A stretch of 64,000 nt of DNA from Nanobdellota archaeon (GCA_022703705.1 JAKLDD010000001.1:2657-66656), one strand, 5' to 3'. Numbered from the stretch's first letter, positions 9,265-19,139 are shown. Notes: a model not told the origin generated them from the letters alone. A program made the numbers and translations.

Positions 9265-9936
9265 ATGGCAAACACAACTGCACGTATTAAAAAAACAGGA
9301 AAAAACTTTGAAATTATGGTTGATTTGGAAGATGCTTTAAAGTTCAAAAAAGGCTTGAGCACATTTATTCAGGCAGAAACTGAATTTATATTTAAGGATA
9401 TAAAAAAAGGTGAAAAGGCTTCTGAAAAAGAACTAAAAGATGCATTCAATACAATAGATATTAATGAGATTGTAAAAAAAATTGTAAAAGATGGAGATAT
9501 TCAAACAACTCAAGAGTATAGGGATGCTGAACAAGAAAAAAGATTCAAGCAAGTTGTTGATTTCTTAACAAAGAATGCTTATGACCCTCAAACAGGAAGA
9601 CCGCACACAGCCGAAAGAATTAAAAATGCTCTTGAACAAGCAAATGTGAATATCAAGAATACATCAATAGAAAACCAAATTACAGAAATTCTTGAAAAGA
9701 TAAGTCCACTTATCCCAATAAAACTCGAAACCAAAAGAGTAAGGGTAAAAATCCCTGCAATACATACAGGAAAAGCTTATGGGGTGGTCAACACATACAA
9801 AGAATCTGAAAATTGGATGAATGATGGAAGCTTGGAAGTAATTGTAAAAGTCCCCTCAGGAATGATTATGGATTTTTACGATAAATTAAATGGAGTGACG
9901 CACGGAAGTGCAATCACACAGGAAATTAAAGAATAA
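9265..9936 (+). CDS. sdo1: ribosome maturation protein SBDS/Sdo1
   Basis: SBDS-family N-terminus (KNFEIMVDLEDALKFKKG) in the conserved position after psmA; the ORF could start at 9229, but 9265 avoids the overlap. Confidence 0.8.
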   Translation: MANTTARIKKTGKNFEIMVDLEDALKFKKGLSTFIQAETEFIFKDIKKGEKASEKELKDAFNTIDINEIVKKIVKDGDIQTTQEYRDAEQEKRFKQVVDFLTKNAYDPQTGRPHTAERIKNALEQANVNIKNTSIENQITEILEKISPLIPIKLETKRVRVKIPAIHTGKAYGVVNTYKESENWMNDGSLEVIVKVPSGMIMDFYDKLNGVTHGSAITQEIKE

Positions 9937-9986
9937 AACGGGGTTCTTTAGAAAAGAACCTACGATGGTAGAAAAAACAAATTAAA

Positions 9987-10721
9987 ATGACAGAAGAACA
10001 ACATAAAAGACAAATTGTAATTCCAGGAGAGACAATTGTAGAAGGAGATAGCTATTTGCCTGGAGATGGAACAGAAAAACAAGGAAAGAAAATTGTTTCT
10101 ATGAGATACGGTTTAGCGGATGAATCAAATAAACTTGTAAAAGTAATTCCTTTATCTGGAGTTTATCAACCAAGAAGAGGAAATGTAGTTATAGGAAAAT
10201 GCAATTTAATCACATTTAATGGTTGGGTTATAGATATTGGAACAGCTGAAAATGCATTTCTACCTTTAACAGAAACACCAAGATTTGTCGCAAAAGACAG
10301 ATTAGATGAAGTAATAAAAATAGGAGACATTGTTGTTGCTCAAATCTTTGGAATAAACGGAAGAGGAATTGATTTAACAATAAAATCTAGAGGATTGGGA
10401 AAAATTGATGAAGGATTAATTTTCAAGATAAACCCCAATAAGGTTCCAAGAGTTATTGGAAAAGAGGGCAGCATGATTAAAATAATAAAAGATTACACAA
10501 ATTGCAATATTACAGTTGGACAAAATGGTTTTATCTGGATAAAGGGAGATAAAATTGAGGATGAACTTTTTGCAAAAAAAGCAATTGAATTTGTAAATGA
10601 AAAATCATTCATGGATGGTTTAACTGAAAAAGTTGAATCTTGGTTTGAAGAGCAAGGAGCAATAAAGAAAGAATCAAAAAAATATGAAAATAAAGGAGAA
10701 TTTGGGGAGGAAGGAGAATGA
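9987..10721 (+). CDS. rrp4: exosome complex RNA-binding protein Rrp4 (S1 + KH)
   Basis: S1 and KH domain architecture; position in the superoperon. Confidence 0.85.
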   Translation: MTEEQHKRQIVIPGETIVEGDSYLPGDGTEKQGKKIVSMRYGLADESNKLVKVIPLSGVYQPRRGNVVIGKCNLITFNGWVIDIGTAENAFLPLTETPRFVAKDRLDEVIKIGDIVVAQIFGINGRGIDLTIKSRGLGKIDEGLIFKINPNKVPRVIGKEGSMIKIIKDYTNCNITVGQNGFIWIKGDKIEDELFAKKAIEFVNEKSFMDGLTEKVESWFEEQGAIKKESKKYENKGEFGEEGE

Positions 10722-10936
10722 GTGAATATATAATTAAAACCATGAAAATTGAAGAGGGCAAATATAAACATGAAGTTTTTGATGAAAATGGGAATAGTAT
10801 TGCTCCTGAAACTATCCTTGAAAACAATAAACCTCTTTCAGATTATTTGTATTATTATACTGTTTCAATTGTTCCTTTTATGAGGACTGTTAAAACTGAT
10901 TCATTAGAAACAAAAGTGGAGATTATGAAAAAATGA
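10718..10936 (+). CDS. 72-aa hypothetical protein inserted between rrp4 and rrp41
   Basis: ATGA-type 4-nt overlaps at both ends (10718-10721 and 10933-10936) suggest translational coupling; no recognisable domain. Confidence 0.45.
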   Translation: MSEYIIKTMKIEEGKYKHEVFDENGNSIAPETILENNKPLSDYLYYYTVSIVPFMRTVKTDSLETKVEIMKK

Positions 10937-11646
10937 CAACAAAAGAAAAAGGGTATGTTAGAGAAGATGGAAGGAAAAATAACGAACTTAGAAGCCCAAT
11001 TAAAGCTGAAGTAGGAATTATTCCAAATGCAGATGGAAGTGCGATGTTTCAAATAGGAAAAACAATTGCTCTTGCTGCAGTTTATGGTCCAAAAAAAATG
11101 CATCCTCAGCATTCGCAGGATCCTGAAAAAGGAACATTAAGATGTACTTATAATATGAATAGCTTTTCAGTTGAAGAAAGAATAAGACCGGGACCCTCTA
11201 GAAGAAGCACTGAAATTTCAAAAATAACAGAATGGGCTTTGGAACCTGTTTTAATGCTAGATAAATTTCCAAATATGGTTGTGGATGTTCATATAAATAT
11301 TATTCAAGCAGATGCTGGAACAAGATGTGCAGGAATTAATGCTGCTGCAATGGCTCTTGCTCACGCAGGAATACCTATGAAAGATATGGTTTCAAGTATC
11401 TCTGTAGGAAAAATAGACAAAACACTTGTTTTGGATTTGGATAAATATGAAGATTCTGAATTTAAAGATGGAGAGGGTTCAACAGATATTCCAGTTTCAA
11501 TAACACATGCAGGAGAAATTACACATTTACAATTGGATGGAAAAATATCAAAAGAACAATTAATGGAAGTTATTGAAATGGCAAAAGAAGCTTGTGGAAA
11601 GATTTATGAAATTCAAAAGAAAGCTCTTAAGGAGGCAATCAAATGA
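10933..11646 (+). CDS. rrp41: exosome complex exonuclease Rrp41 (RNase PH-like)
   Basis: RNase PH fold motifs such as MFQIGKTIALAAVYGP. Confidence 0.9.
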   Translation: MTTKEKGYVREDGRKNNELRSPIKAEVGIIPNADGSAMFQIGKTIALAAVYGPKKMHPQHSQDPEKGTLRCTYNMNSFSVEERIRPGPSRRSTEISKITEWALEPVLMLDKFPNMVVDVHINIIQADAGTRCAGINAAAMALAHAGIPMKDMVSSISVGKIDKTLVLDLDKYEDSEFKDGEGSTDIPVSITHAGEITHLQLDGKISKEQLMEVIEMAKEACGKIYEIQKKALKEAIK

Positions 11647-12455
11647 GCGGAGAAGAAATTGAAGTAACACCAAAAGTAACTGCAGACAGAATAAAAAAAT
11701 ATTTAGAACAAGGAAAAAGATTTGATTCAAGAAAACTTGACGAATTCAGAGAATTAAAAATAGAGAAAGATATCTCAAAAAAAGCAGAGGGCTCTGTTAG
11801 AGTAAAACTTGGAAAAACAGAAGTTATTGTAGGAGTTAAAATGGATGCTTCAGAACCATATCCAGATTCTCCAAATGAAGGAAATCTTATGGTTACAGCA
11901 GAATTACTTCCGATGAGTTCACCAAGAATTGAATTAGGCCCCCCAAAATTTGATGCTATTGAACTTGGAAGGGTTATTGATAGGGGAATAAGAGAAAGCA
12001 AATTCATTGAACTTGATAAACTTTGCATAAAAGAAGGAGAAAAGGTGTGGACTGTTTTTGTAGATATTTATTCTATAAATGATGACGGTAATTTATTTGA
12101 CGCTGCTGGAATAGGGGCTGTTGCAGCATTAAAAATTGCTAAGATACCCGAATATGATGAAGAAAAAGGAAAAGTAATTTATGGGAAGCATGAAAAATCT
12201 TTGCCACTTAAAAAAATAAGTCCATTTGCGATAACTATTCACAAAATTGGGAACAATTTGATTGTTGATCCTACAAAAGAAGAAGAGGATGTTAGTAATA
12301 CTAGATTAACAATTGGAAGTTCAGATGGAACAATATTTTCAATGCAAAAGGGAGATTCAACCTCCATGAAAATAGAAGAAATTTCTAAAGCAATCGATGT
12401 TGTTGAAAAATCTTGGAAAGAATTGTTTAAAAAGGTTGAAGAACAATTAAAGTAA
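11643..12455 (+). CDS. rrp42: exosome complex component Rrp42 (inactive RNase PH-like)
   Basis: RNase PH-like fold immediately after rrp41. Confidence 0.85.
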   Translation: MSGEEIEVTPKVTADRIKKYLEQGKRFDSRKLDEFRELKIEKDISKKAEGSVRVKLGKTEVIVGVKMDASEPYPDSPNEGNLMVTAELLPMSSPRIELGPPKFDAIELGRVIDRGIRESKFIELDKLCIKEGEKVWTVFVDIYSINDDGNLFDAAGIGAVAALKIAKIPEYDEEKGKVIYGKHEKSLPLKKISPFAITIHKIGNNLIVDPTKEEEDVSNTRLTIGSSDGTIFSMQKGDSTSMKIEEISKAIDVVEKSWKELFKKVEEQLK

Positions 12456-12456
12456 A

Positions 12457-12846
12457 ATGACACAAGCACAAACATTCACAAAATATGAACGTGCAAGAAT
12501 TCTTGGTGCAAGAGCATTACAACTAGCTATGAATGCTCCTTTGTTAATTAAATTAAATACAGAAGATTTGGAAAAAATTAATTATGATGTCCTAAAAATA
12601 GCAGAAGTTGAATTAGACTCTGGAGTTTTACCAATTTCAATCAAAAAACCTTTCCCAGAAAGAAAAGAGGGAAAACTAAAGAGAGATGCTACTCCCAAAA
12701 TAAGTGATGAGAAGAAAGAAGATATAGAAGAAAATGAAGAAGAAAAAATTGAAGGAGAGGGAGAAATAATGGAACTTGCTAATCCTGAAGATGAAGATGA
12801 AGGAGCAGGTGAGAGTGATGAAGGTGGTGAAAGCTACGGGGAATAA
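12457..12846 (+). CDS. rpoK: DNA-directed RNA polymerase subunit K (Rpb6/omega family) with a roughly 60-aa acidic C-terminal tail
   Basis: KYERARILGARALQLAMNAPLL Rpb6 signature; C-terminus EDIEENEEEKIEGEGE...DEGAGESDEGGESYGE. Confidence 0.8.
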   Translation: MTQAQTFTKYERARILGARALQLAMNAPLLIKLNTEDLEKINYDVLKIAEVELDSGVLPISIKKPFPERKEGKLKRDATPKISDEKKEDIEENEEEKIEGEGEIMELANPEDEDEGAGESDEGGESYGE

Positions 12847-12855
12847 AAATAGTTA

Positions 12856-12877
12856 CATTACAATAATTCTTATAAAC
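12856..12877 (+). promoter_or_regulatory. promoter-like element CATTACAATAATTCTTATAAAC about 28 nt upstream of the ATG
   Basis: One member of the recurring AATAATTCTTAAAAA family; see findings. Confidence 0.4.
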
Positions 12878-12897
12878 TTGAAATAAATGCTCTGGCT

Positions 12898-13221
12898 ATG
12901 CCAAAAAAGTCAAAAACCCAAGTTGAGATTGTAAATGCAATGATAAAATCTGCTTTTGGTAAGGGATTTTCAGGCAATAATATAAAACTTGAAATACCAA
13001 AAAGAAATTATCTAATAAAGGGTTGTGGACTTGATGTTATTGTAAAAAAAGGGTTTTTATATATCCCACGATTGAATGAAAAATATCAAATTGCAGGAGA
13101 ATTTACTTCTGATGATGGTTCTGAAATAAAAGTTAGTGCAGAATATTTAAACAATGCTGAAAGATATAGAAAATTATACAAAACACACTTCAATAAAGAA
13201 GTATCAATTAAAATTAGATAA
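12898..13221 (+). CDS. hypothetical protein
   Basis: 107-aa ORF with the conserved upstream promoter element. Confidence 0.45.
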   Translation: MPKKSKTQVEIVNAMIKSAFGKGFSGNNIKLEIPKRNYLIKGCGLDVIVKKGFLYIPRLNEKYQIAGEFTSDDGSEIKVSAEYLNNAERYRKLYKTHFNKEVSIKIR

Positions 13222-13267
13222 AACAAAGTAAACAAAACCTTATAAAGAACTAATTTTTTCTTAATTA

Positions 13268-14440
13268 ATGGTTGTAATAAAGGAGGTCTCAGCCAAAAGT
13301 ATCCTTGATTCAAGAAAGGAGAAAACAATACTTATTTCCATCAAAATTAAATCAGGAAAGACTTTTTCAGCTTCTTCTCCTTCTGGAAAATCAACAGGAA
13401 AATATGAGGCAAAATCCTACAAAAAAAATCTTGAAGAAGATATAAACACCCTCAAAAAATTCAAGGAATATTTTTCTGAAGAAATAATTGAAGAATTCAG
13501 GGATTTAAAAAGAGTTGAAGATATCTTGGAAGGGCATGTTGGAGCAAACACTTTATTTGCATTTGAATCTGCTGTCCTGAAAGCAATTGCTTTTGAAAAG
13601 AAAAAAGAAATATGGGAAATAATTAATCCAGAAGCAAGAAAATTAAAAAAATTTCCAAGATTAGTTGGAAATTGCATAGGGGGTGGAAAACATTCTGAAA
13701 CAAATGGGAAGAAACCGGACTTTCAAGAATTTTTACTCATACCAGAAAATAGTTCACCTGAAAAATCCCTTAAAATTAATAAGGAAGCAAAAGAAAAAGT
13801 CGAATTTATTTTAAAAAAGAAAGATAAGTTATTTCAATCTAAAAAAAATGATGAAAATGCATGGATAACTTCTTTAAATGAAAAAGAAGTTCTTGATATA
13901 TTAAGTGAATTAAATATCCCCTTGGGAGTGGATGTTGCCTCATCCAGTTTTTATTCAAGAAAAAAATATTCCTATGAAAATCCTGTCTTAAAAAGAAACA
14001 AAGAAGAACAATTTGGATATGTTGCAAATTTAATAAAAAATTATAATCTGATATATATTGAAGATCCATTTGAAGAAGAAGATTTTGAGAGCCATTCTAA
14101 ATTATTAAAAAAATTTCCAAATTCATTTATTGTGGGGGATGATTTAATTGTAACAAACTCCAAAAGACTTCAAAAAGCAATTGAAATAAATGCAATTAAT
14201 GCTATAATAATAAAACCAAATCAATGCGGTTCTCTTCTTGAAGTTAAAAGAGTTTGTGAAATGGCAAAAGAAAATAATATCAAGATGGTATTTTCTCATA
14301 GAAGTGGAGAAACAGAAGAAACAATTCTTGCTGATTTAGCTTTTGGTTTCCAAGCAGATTTTTTAAAATGCGGAATAACTGGAAAAGAACGTGAAGCAAA
14401 AATTAAGAGACTAATTGAGATTGAGAAAAGTTTGAAATAA
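13268..14440 (+). CDS. eno: enolase (divergent)
   Basis: N-terminal ILDSR...SGKSTGKYEA and C-terminal IIKPNQCGSL...SHRSGETEETILADLA enolase signatures. Confidence 0.75.
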   Translation: MVVIKEVSAKSILDSRKEKTILISIKIKSGKTFSASSPSGKSTGKYEAKSYKKNLEEDINTLKKFKEYFSEEIIEEFRDLKRVEDILEGHVGANTLFAFESAVLKAIAFEKKKEIWEIINPEARKLKKFPRLVGNCIGGGKHSETNGKKPDFQEFLLIPENSSPEKSLKINKEAKEKVEFILKKKDKLFQSKKNDENAWITSLNEKEVLDILSELNIPLGVDVASSSFYSRKKYSYENPVLKRNKEEQFGYVANLIKNYNLIYIEDPFEEEDFESHSKLLKKFPNSFIVGDDLIVTNSKRLQKAIEINAINAIIIKPNQCGSLLEVKRVCEMAKENNIKMVFSHRSGETEETILADLAFGFQADFLKCGITGKEREAKIKRLIEIEKSLK

Positions 14441-14601
14441 AAAATAAATCTGATAACTTCAAATATTTTTGAACTCTAAAAAGCGTTTAAATAATTGATA
14501 TCTATTAATTAATTATGAAAAGTGCATTAATATTTATTGTATTGGCTGTAATTAAGATTATCCTCACACTTGTTATATTTGGTTTGGGAAAAATAATACT
14601 T

Positions 14602-14623
14602 TAAAATATAAATTCTTAAAAAG
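14602..14623 (+). promoter_or_regulatory. promoter-like element TAAAATATAAATTCTTAAAAAG
   Basis: A 20-nt stretch identical to the element at 15049-15071; 29 nt upstream of the ATG at 14644. Confidence 0.4.
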
Positions 14624-14643
14624 AACTTGTAATCATAATTAAT

Positions 14644-15051
14644 ATGAAAAATTTATTATCAAAGATATTTAGTAAAAGAGAAAGATTCAAAGGAGAAAAA
14701 TCAATTAAAGAAATAGGTGAAGCTCCTGAAATAAAATTGGGACAAAAATTTGATATTTATATTCATGTTTTAACTGGGAATGTGAGTAAAAAAGAGATTT
14801 TGGAAGTGAGGGGGACTAAAATATATCAGCATCTCCTAAAAGAAAAAAATTTTAGCAAAGGTAATTTCGTGATGCTTGATGGAATAAAAGGAGTTTTCAA
14901 AATTGAGGGGATGTATGAACTTGGGCATTCTGCACAATATAGGTTAGAACTAATAAGGGAAAATCTTCCAAAAGACTATAATAAGATGATTGAAAAAATA
15001 GAAAGTTATAGCACAAATTATCAAGATGATTCTTTTAATATAATGCCCTAA
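14644..15051 (+). CDS. hypothetical protein
   Basis: 135-aa ORF with the promoter element upstream. Confidence 0.45.
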   Translation: MKNLLSKIFSKRERFKGEKSIKEIGEAPEIKLGQKFDIYIHVLTGNVSKKEILEVRGTKIYQHLLKEKNFSKGNFVMLDGIKGVFKIEGMYELGHSAQYRLELIRENLPKDYNKMIEKIESYSTNYQDDSFNIMP

Positions 15052-15071
15052 AAATATAAATTCTTAAAAAC
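15049..15071 (+). promoter_or_regulatory. promoter-like element TAAAAATATAAATTCTTAAAAAC
   Basis: 28 nt upstream of the ATG at 15092; near-identical to 14602-14623. Confidence 0.4.
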
Positions 15072-15091
15072 TTTAACATTCTGAATGTAAA

Positions 15092-15457
15092 ATGTCTCTT
15101 GAAAAAATCAGTTTTAATGGAGAGCAAATTAGTGTAAGAAGGGCAAAAACAATTTATCAGTTAATGAAATTCGATTTGTATACTCCTGAATTAAATGATA
15201 AAGAAAAGATGCGATATCTTGAATGGTTTGAAAAAAACAGGCATGAAGAAGAGATTAATTTAAAACTAAGAGGAAAACCTTTCATAGTTTCGGTTAATGA
15301 AAGAGGATATCTTTTGATGAACTTGCGATTTGAGTTAATAACTAGAGGTTTTTTAAAATCTCTTAGGAAGTATGATGAAAAATATGGTCATTTGAACAAA
15401 CAAGGACAAATCAAGAATGTAAAATTCGGAGATTCGGAATCTAAAAAAATAAAGTAG
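15092..15457 (+). CDS. hypothetical protein
   Basis: 121-aa ORF with the promoter element upstream. Confidence 0.45.
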   Translation: MSLEKISFNGEQISVRRAKTIYQLMKFDLYTPELNDKEKMRYLEWFEKNRHEEEINLKLRGKPFIVSVNERGYLLMNLRFELITRGFLKSLRKYDEKYGHLNKQGQIKNVKFGDSESKKIK

Positions 15458-15544
15458 GGAATATACAATCCGTTTGAACTGGAAAAATAAATAGAATAAT
15501 TCTTAATTGAAAACCTTTAAAAACTAATTTTTCTCTAAATCCTC

Positions 15545-16402
15545 ATGCCAAGACAAAAAAAATCTGAAGAATCTGAAGAAAAAATAGTAGGTAAAGCACT
15601 AGGTGAAGAAGTTGAAGAACACCTTGAAGGAAAAGATTTAGAAAAAGCTGCTGAAGCAGAATCTTTGAAAACAGAAGAAATGGATGAAAAAAAGAAAAAA
15701 CTTCTTGAAAAAGCTGCAAAACTTAAAGAAAAAATTGATATTACCAGTACAGAAGAATTAAAAGAGCAAGTTAAAATAAAGAAAAAAACCGAAATGCTCA
15801 TTCCTCTTGAAGAGTATGTAAAGGCTGGAATTTATCTTGGGACAAAAGTTGTTACCCCCGAAATGAAACCTTTTGTTTATAGAAGAAGAGCAGATGGACT
15901 TGCCATTTTTAATACTGATTTAATAGATGAAAAATTAAAAGAAGGAATTGAATATTTATCTAAATTTAATCCTGAAGATATTATTCTTGTTTGTAAAAGA
16001 CAAGCAGGATGGAAATCTGCAGAAAAATTCTCAGAAATAACTGGAATAAGAGTATTTACAAAAAAATACCCTGCGGGAATTTTAACAAACACAGCTCTCC
16101 CTGACTTCTTTGAAAATGAATTGACTGTAATTTTTGATTCTTGGCTTGATAAAAACGCTTTAAATGATACTTTAAAAGTTAAGAAAGAAGTGTTAATGAT
16201 TTGTGATACAAATAATTTCTCAAAGGGGGCAGACAAAATAATTATTGGAAATAATAAAAGCCCAAAAAGTTTGGGGGTTATATTTTATATTCTTACAAGA
16301 GGGTACTGCAAAGAAAAAGGAATTGATGCAAACATTCCGGATTTAGAATGGTGGACAGGAGACTTGGAAGAAGCTGGCAGAGGTGCAAGCAAGGGTGTTT
16401 AA
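15545..16402 (+). CDS. rps2: 30S ribosomal protein uS2 with an ~85-aa Lys/Glu-rich N-terminal extension
   Basis: Core LEEYVKAGIYLGTKV...RRRADGLAIFNTD matches archaeal uS2; the N-terminal 85 aa are charged and low-complexity. Confidence 0.8.
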   Translation: MPRQKKSEESEEKIVGKALGEEVEEHLEGKDLEKAAEAESLKTEEMDEKKKKLLEKAAKLKEKIDITSTEELKEQVKIKKKTEMLIPLEEYVKAGIYLGTKVVTPEMKPFVYRRRADGLAIFNTDLIDEKLKEGIEYLSKFNPEDIILVCKRQAGWKSAEKFSEITGIRVFTKKYPAGILTNTALPDFFENELTVIFDSWLDKNALNDTLKVKKEVLMICDTNNFSKGADKIIIGNNKSPKSLGVIFYILTRGYCKEKGIDANIPDLEWWTGDLEEAGRGASKGV

Positions 16403-16403
16403 T

Positions 16404-16422
16404 CACAATAATTCTTAAAAAC
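16404..16422 (+). promoter_or_regulatory. promoter-like element CACAATAATTCTTAAAAAC
   Basis: 27 nt upstream of the ATG at 16443. Confidence 0.4.
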
Positions 16423-16442
16423 ATTAAGACATAAAATTAATC

Positions 16443-16643
16443 ATGGAAAAAAAACCAAAAAGAACAATTGAATTGTTAGCGAATAATACAAATGGAGCAT
16501 TAGAATTAAAAGAATCACTTGAAAAAAAAGGACTAAAAGTTGTTTATATTTATACTGGAGTCGATACCCCCATGGTAATCGACAACGGAAATTATTATTC
16601 TGGACTCGGGAATATTAGAGTAGTATATGAATTGTATAAATAA
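16443..16643 (+). CDS. hypothetical small protein
   Basis: 66-aa ORF with the promoter element upstream. Confidence 0.35.
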   Translation: MEKKPKRTIELLANNTNGALELKESLEKKGLKVVYIYTGVDTPMVIDNGNYYSGLGNIRVVYELYK

Positions 16644-16695
16644 AAAAAGTTAATTTTCCACTAATTTTATAAAAGAATTTTTCTTAAGATATAAT

Positions 16696-17106
16696 GTGGT
16701 AAAAAGAAAAGAGAGATTAAAAGATTTGAAAAATATTGCAAAGAAAAAAACAATTGAAAAAAAAACTATCAATATATTAAATGAAGATTCCAAAAAATTA
16801 AATTTTAATTTTAATCTTATAACTGGAATAATGATTTTTGTTCTCTTGATAGGGGCTTCTTTCAGCATGAGTGTGATCTTTGGAATTGCATTCAGTTTAT
16901 GCTTTATTATCTCGCTTTATAACAAAAATCTCAAAAATATGCCCTTTTTACCTTTAATCATTTTTTTATTAGGAATTTTAATAAGAGTGATATTTATTTT
17001 GGGATTCCCATCTATTTTTAAATCTATAATTTATTTGGACTTAACAATATCGTTGTTAATTTTAATAATTAGTTTTTCTATTAGTTTTAAAATTGGAAAG
17101 AAATAG
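16696..17106 (+). CDS. hypothetical membrane protein
   Basis: Basic N-terminus followed by several hydrophobic segments. Confidence 0.4.
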   Translation: MVKRKERLKDLKNIAKKKTIEKKTINILNEDSKKLNFNFNLITGIMIFVLLIGASFSMSVIFGIAFSLCFIISLYNKNLKNMPFLPLIIFLLGILIRVIFILGFPSIFKSIIYLDLTISLLILIISFSISFKIGKK

Positions 17107-17157
17107 ATTAATCTAAAACACAATAATAATTAAAAAGTCTCTATAATAAATTAAGAT

Positions 17158-17592
17158 ATGCGGGGCGTTCACAGTACAGATGCTATTCTTGAATCTTTTT
17201 CTGCATTTGCAAAATTCTGCATTGATAAAAATGAAGTGCCTTCTTTTAATGATGATTATTCTGCAAAAATGGATGGATTCTTCTATCGCATGAAAAAGAA
17301 ATATCCAAAAGAGTTTGAGATGGTCTGGTTTGATACAAATGGCGGCCCACAAACAAGTAAGACTATCAGTGAAGCCAGAAGCGATATGTTAAAATGCGGA
17401 TATTTGTATTCATTTTCACCAAGATTTAACCCCAATTTTATTTCAAAAGATATATTAAAAGATTTTAATAGATATAAGAAAGTAGAAGCTTATATGGATA
17501 TTGCTGAAAAATTTTATAATGAATTTGGGTGTGATCAAAGTGGAAATATTGGAAAGCATACAAAATTCACCAGCTTAGAGGAGATTCATTAA
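17158..17592 (+). CDS. hypothetical protein
   Basis: 144-aa ORF with protein-like composition. Confidence 0.4.
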   Translation: MRGVHSTDAILESFSAFAKFCIDKNEVPSFNDDYSAKMDGFFYRMKKKYPKEFEMVWFDTNGGPQTSKTISEARSDMLKCGYLYSFSPRFNPNFISKDILKDFNRYKKVEAYMDIAEKFYNEFGCDQSGNIGKHTKFTSLEEIH

Positions 17593-17882
17593 TCCTCATT
17601 TCCTTCTTCAATACTGCTTATAATGAGTGGAACATTTCGTATAAATATCTGTAATAGCTGTTTTTTTAACTTGCCTCTATTTTCTTTGTTTTCCTTAATC
17701 TTAACTATTTCGCTTATTGCAGCAACAGAATAAATTTTCATATTCCTTTGAATGTCTCTTGATTCAAATGTTTTAAGAAATTCCTTTATTATATTCTCGG
17801 TACTTGCATTTGGCTGTTTTATTAAATATTCAAGAGCATAATCTGCTGCATGCACCATTGCCACTTCTTTATCTTGTATCAT
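17589..17882 (-). CDS. hypothetical protein
   Basis: 97-aa ORF convergent with the previous ORF. Confidence 0.35.
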   Translation of the reverse strand: MIQDKEVAMVHAADYALEYLIKQPNASTENIIKEFLKTFESRDIQRNMKIYSVAAISEIVKIKENKENRGKLKKQLLQIFIRNVPLIISSIEEGNED

Positions 17883-17901
17883 TTTTATCTTATGATTTGA
17901 A

Positions 17902-18282
17902 ATGAATGTCCTCTTTTTAAAATTTATTGTATGGAGAGATATAAGTTATTTAATTATTTTTTGTATATTTAATTGCAATTATCTTTATAAACAAATTAAA
18001 AATATTAAGGTAATGGACAGGAAAGTAAGACATTACAAGTTAAATTTAGGTTTAGATTCAGTTAATAAAAGCAAGGATGAATCCTTGTATATAATGGTTA
18101 AAGAGGATAAAACATTATGGATTGTCAAAGAAGCCACTGAAGGCAATCCAAAAATAATTTTAAGATCTGTATTAAAAGAACTTACTTCAAGGGAATATAC
18201 TGAAAGCGTAAATACAATGATGAATCAATATATAGCAAGTCCAGTCAGTTTAGAAACAAGAATAGAAAACATGAAGGAATAA
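17902..18282 (+). CDS. hypothetical protein
   Basis: 126-aa ORF. Confidence 0.35.
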   Translation: MNVLFLKFIVWRDISYLIIFCIFNCNYLYKQIKNIKVMDRKVRHYKLNLGLDSVNKSKDESLYIMVKEDKTLWIVKEATEGNPKIILRSVLKELTSREYTESVNTMMNQYIASPVSLETRIENMKE

Positions 18283-18283
18283 A

Positions 18284-18553
18284 ATGGAAGGGTTCACAGA
18301 CAGCGATAATAATGAACTTGAAAAAAGATTCTATAAATGGGGTAATGATATATTTTATTTCACAGGAAATTATGATCCACAGGGTTTTCCGCTATTTTAT
18401 ATTGAAAATGATTCCAAGGAAACAATCTACCATATTTACAAGCCATTAGTTAAAGAATTAAAAGCATTATGCAAAGAAGATCTCGAAAAAATAATACAGG
18501 GATCTCCTGAAAAAAAGGGCTGGATTGAAAGAATAATCTCTATTTCTATATAG
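18284..18553 (+). CDS. hypothetical protein, first copy of a tandem paralogue pair
   Basis: Shares FYFTGNYD...P(L/I)F(Y/E)IE...WIER with the next ORF. Confidence 0.45.
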   Translation: MEGFTDSDNNELEKRFYKWGNDIFYFTGNYDPQGFPLFYIENDSKETIYHIYKPLVKELKALCKEDLEKIIQGSPEKKGWIERIISISI

Positions 18554-18584
18554 TAATTAATATAAATAAGAATAAGTCTATCGA

Positions 18585-18854
18585 ATGATGGAAAATTTTT
18601 TGGATTACGATGATAAAAAGATAAAACAAGGATTTTATAATCATTATGAATGTGATATATTATTTTATTTTACAGGAAAATATGATATAGAAGATCTCCC
18701 GATATTCGAGATTGAGGGAGAAGAAAAGAAAAGACGTTCTCTTTATCCGAATTTAGTTCAGCAACTATTGAGTATAGATAGGGAAAAACTAAATGAAAAA
18801 ATGAATCAATCCGAAGAAAGAAGAAGCTGGATTGAAAGAAGATTGAAGAAATAA
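18585..18854 (+). CDS. hypothetical protein, second copy of a tandem paralogue pair
   Basis: Same length (89 aa) and same motifs as the ORF at 18284-18553. Confidence 0.45.
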   Translation: MMENFLDYDDKKIKQGFYNHYECDILFYFTGKYDIEDLPIFEIEGEEKKRRSLYPNLVQQLLSIDREKLNEKMNQSEERRSWIERRLKK

Positions 18855-19139
18855 TTGTTATGTATTTTGAAAGATAATTATACTTATAAAGAATTAAAAA
18901 TACTTGAGTTAATGACAAACGAAGCAGAGTCTGGTTCAAACAGGTTTTTCTATGGGGCTTTAACAAGTGTAATATTAATGGGAATAATAAGCATGTTTAA
19001 TGTTAAATATGCTGTGGATAAAACTAAATCTGTTATTGAATCTAAAATTGAAAAAATAATTAATGATTCTACAATAGCAGATACTACAAAATATAAAGAG
19101 ATGACAAATTATTTTGATTTAATCAACTATAAAAAATAA
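18855..19139 (+). CDS. hypothetical membrane protein
   Basis: 94 aa with one hydrophobic segment. Confidence 0.35.
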   Translation: MLCILKDNYTYKELKILELMTNEAESGSNRFFYGALTSVILMGIISMFNVKYAVDKTKSVIESKIEKIINDSTIADTTKYKEMTNYFDLINYKK

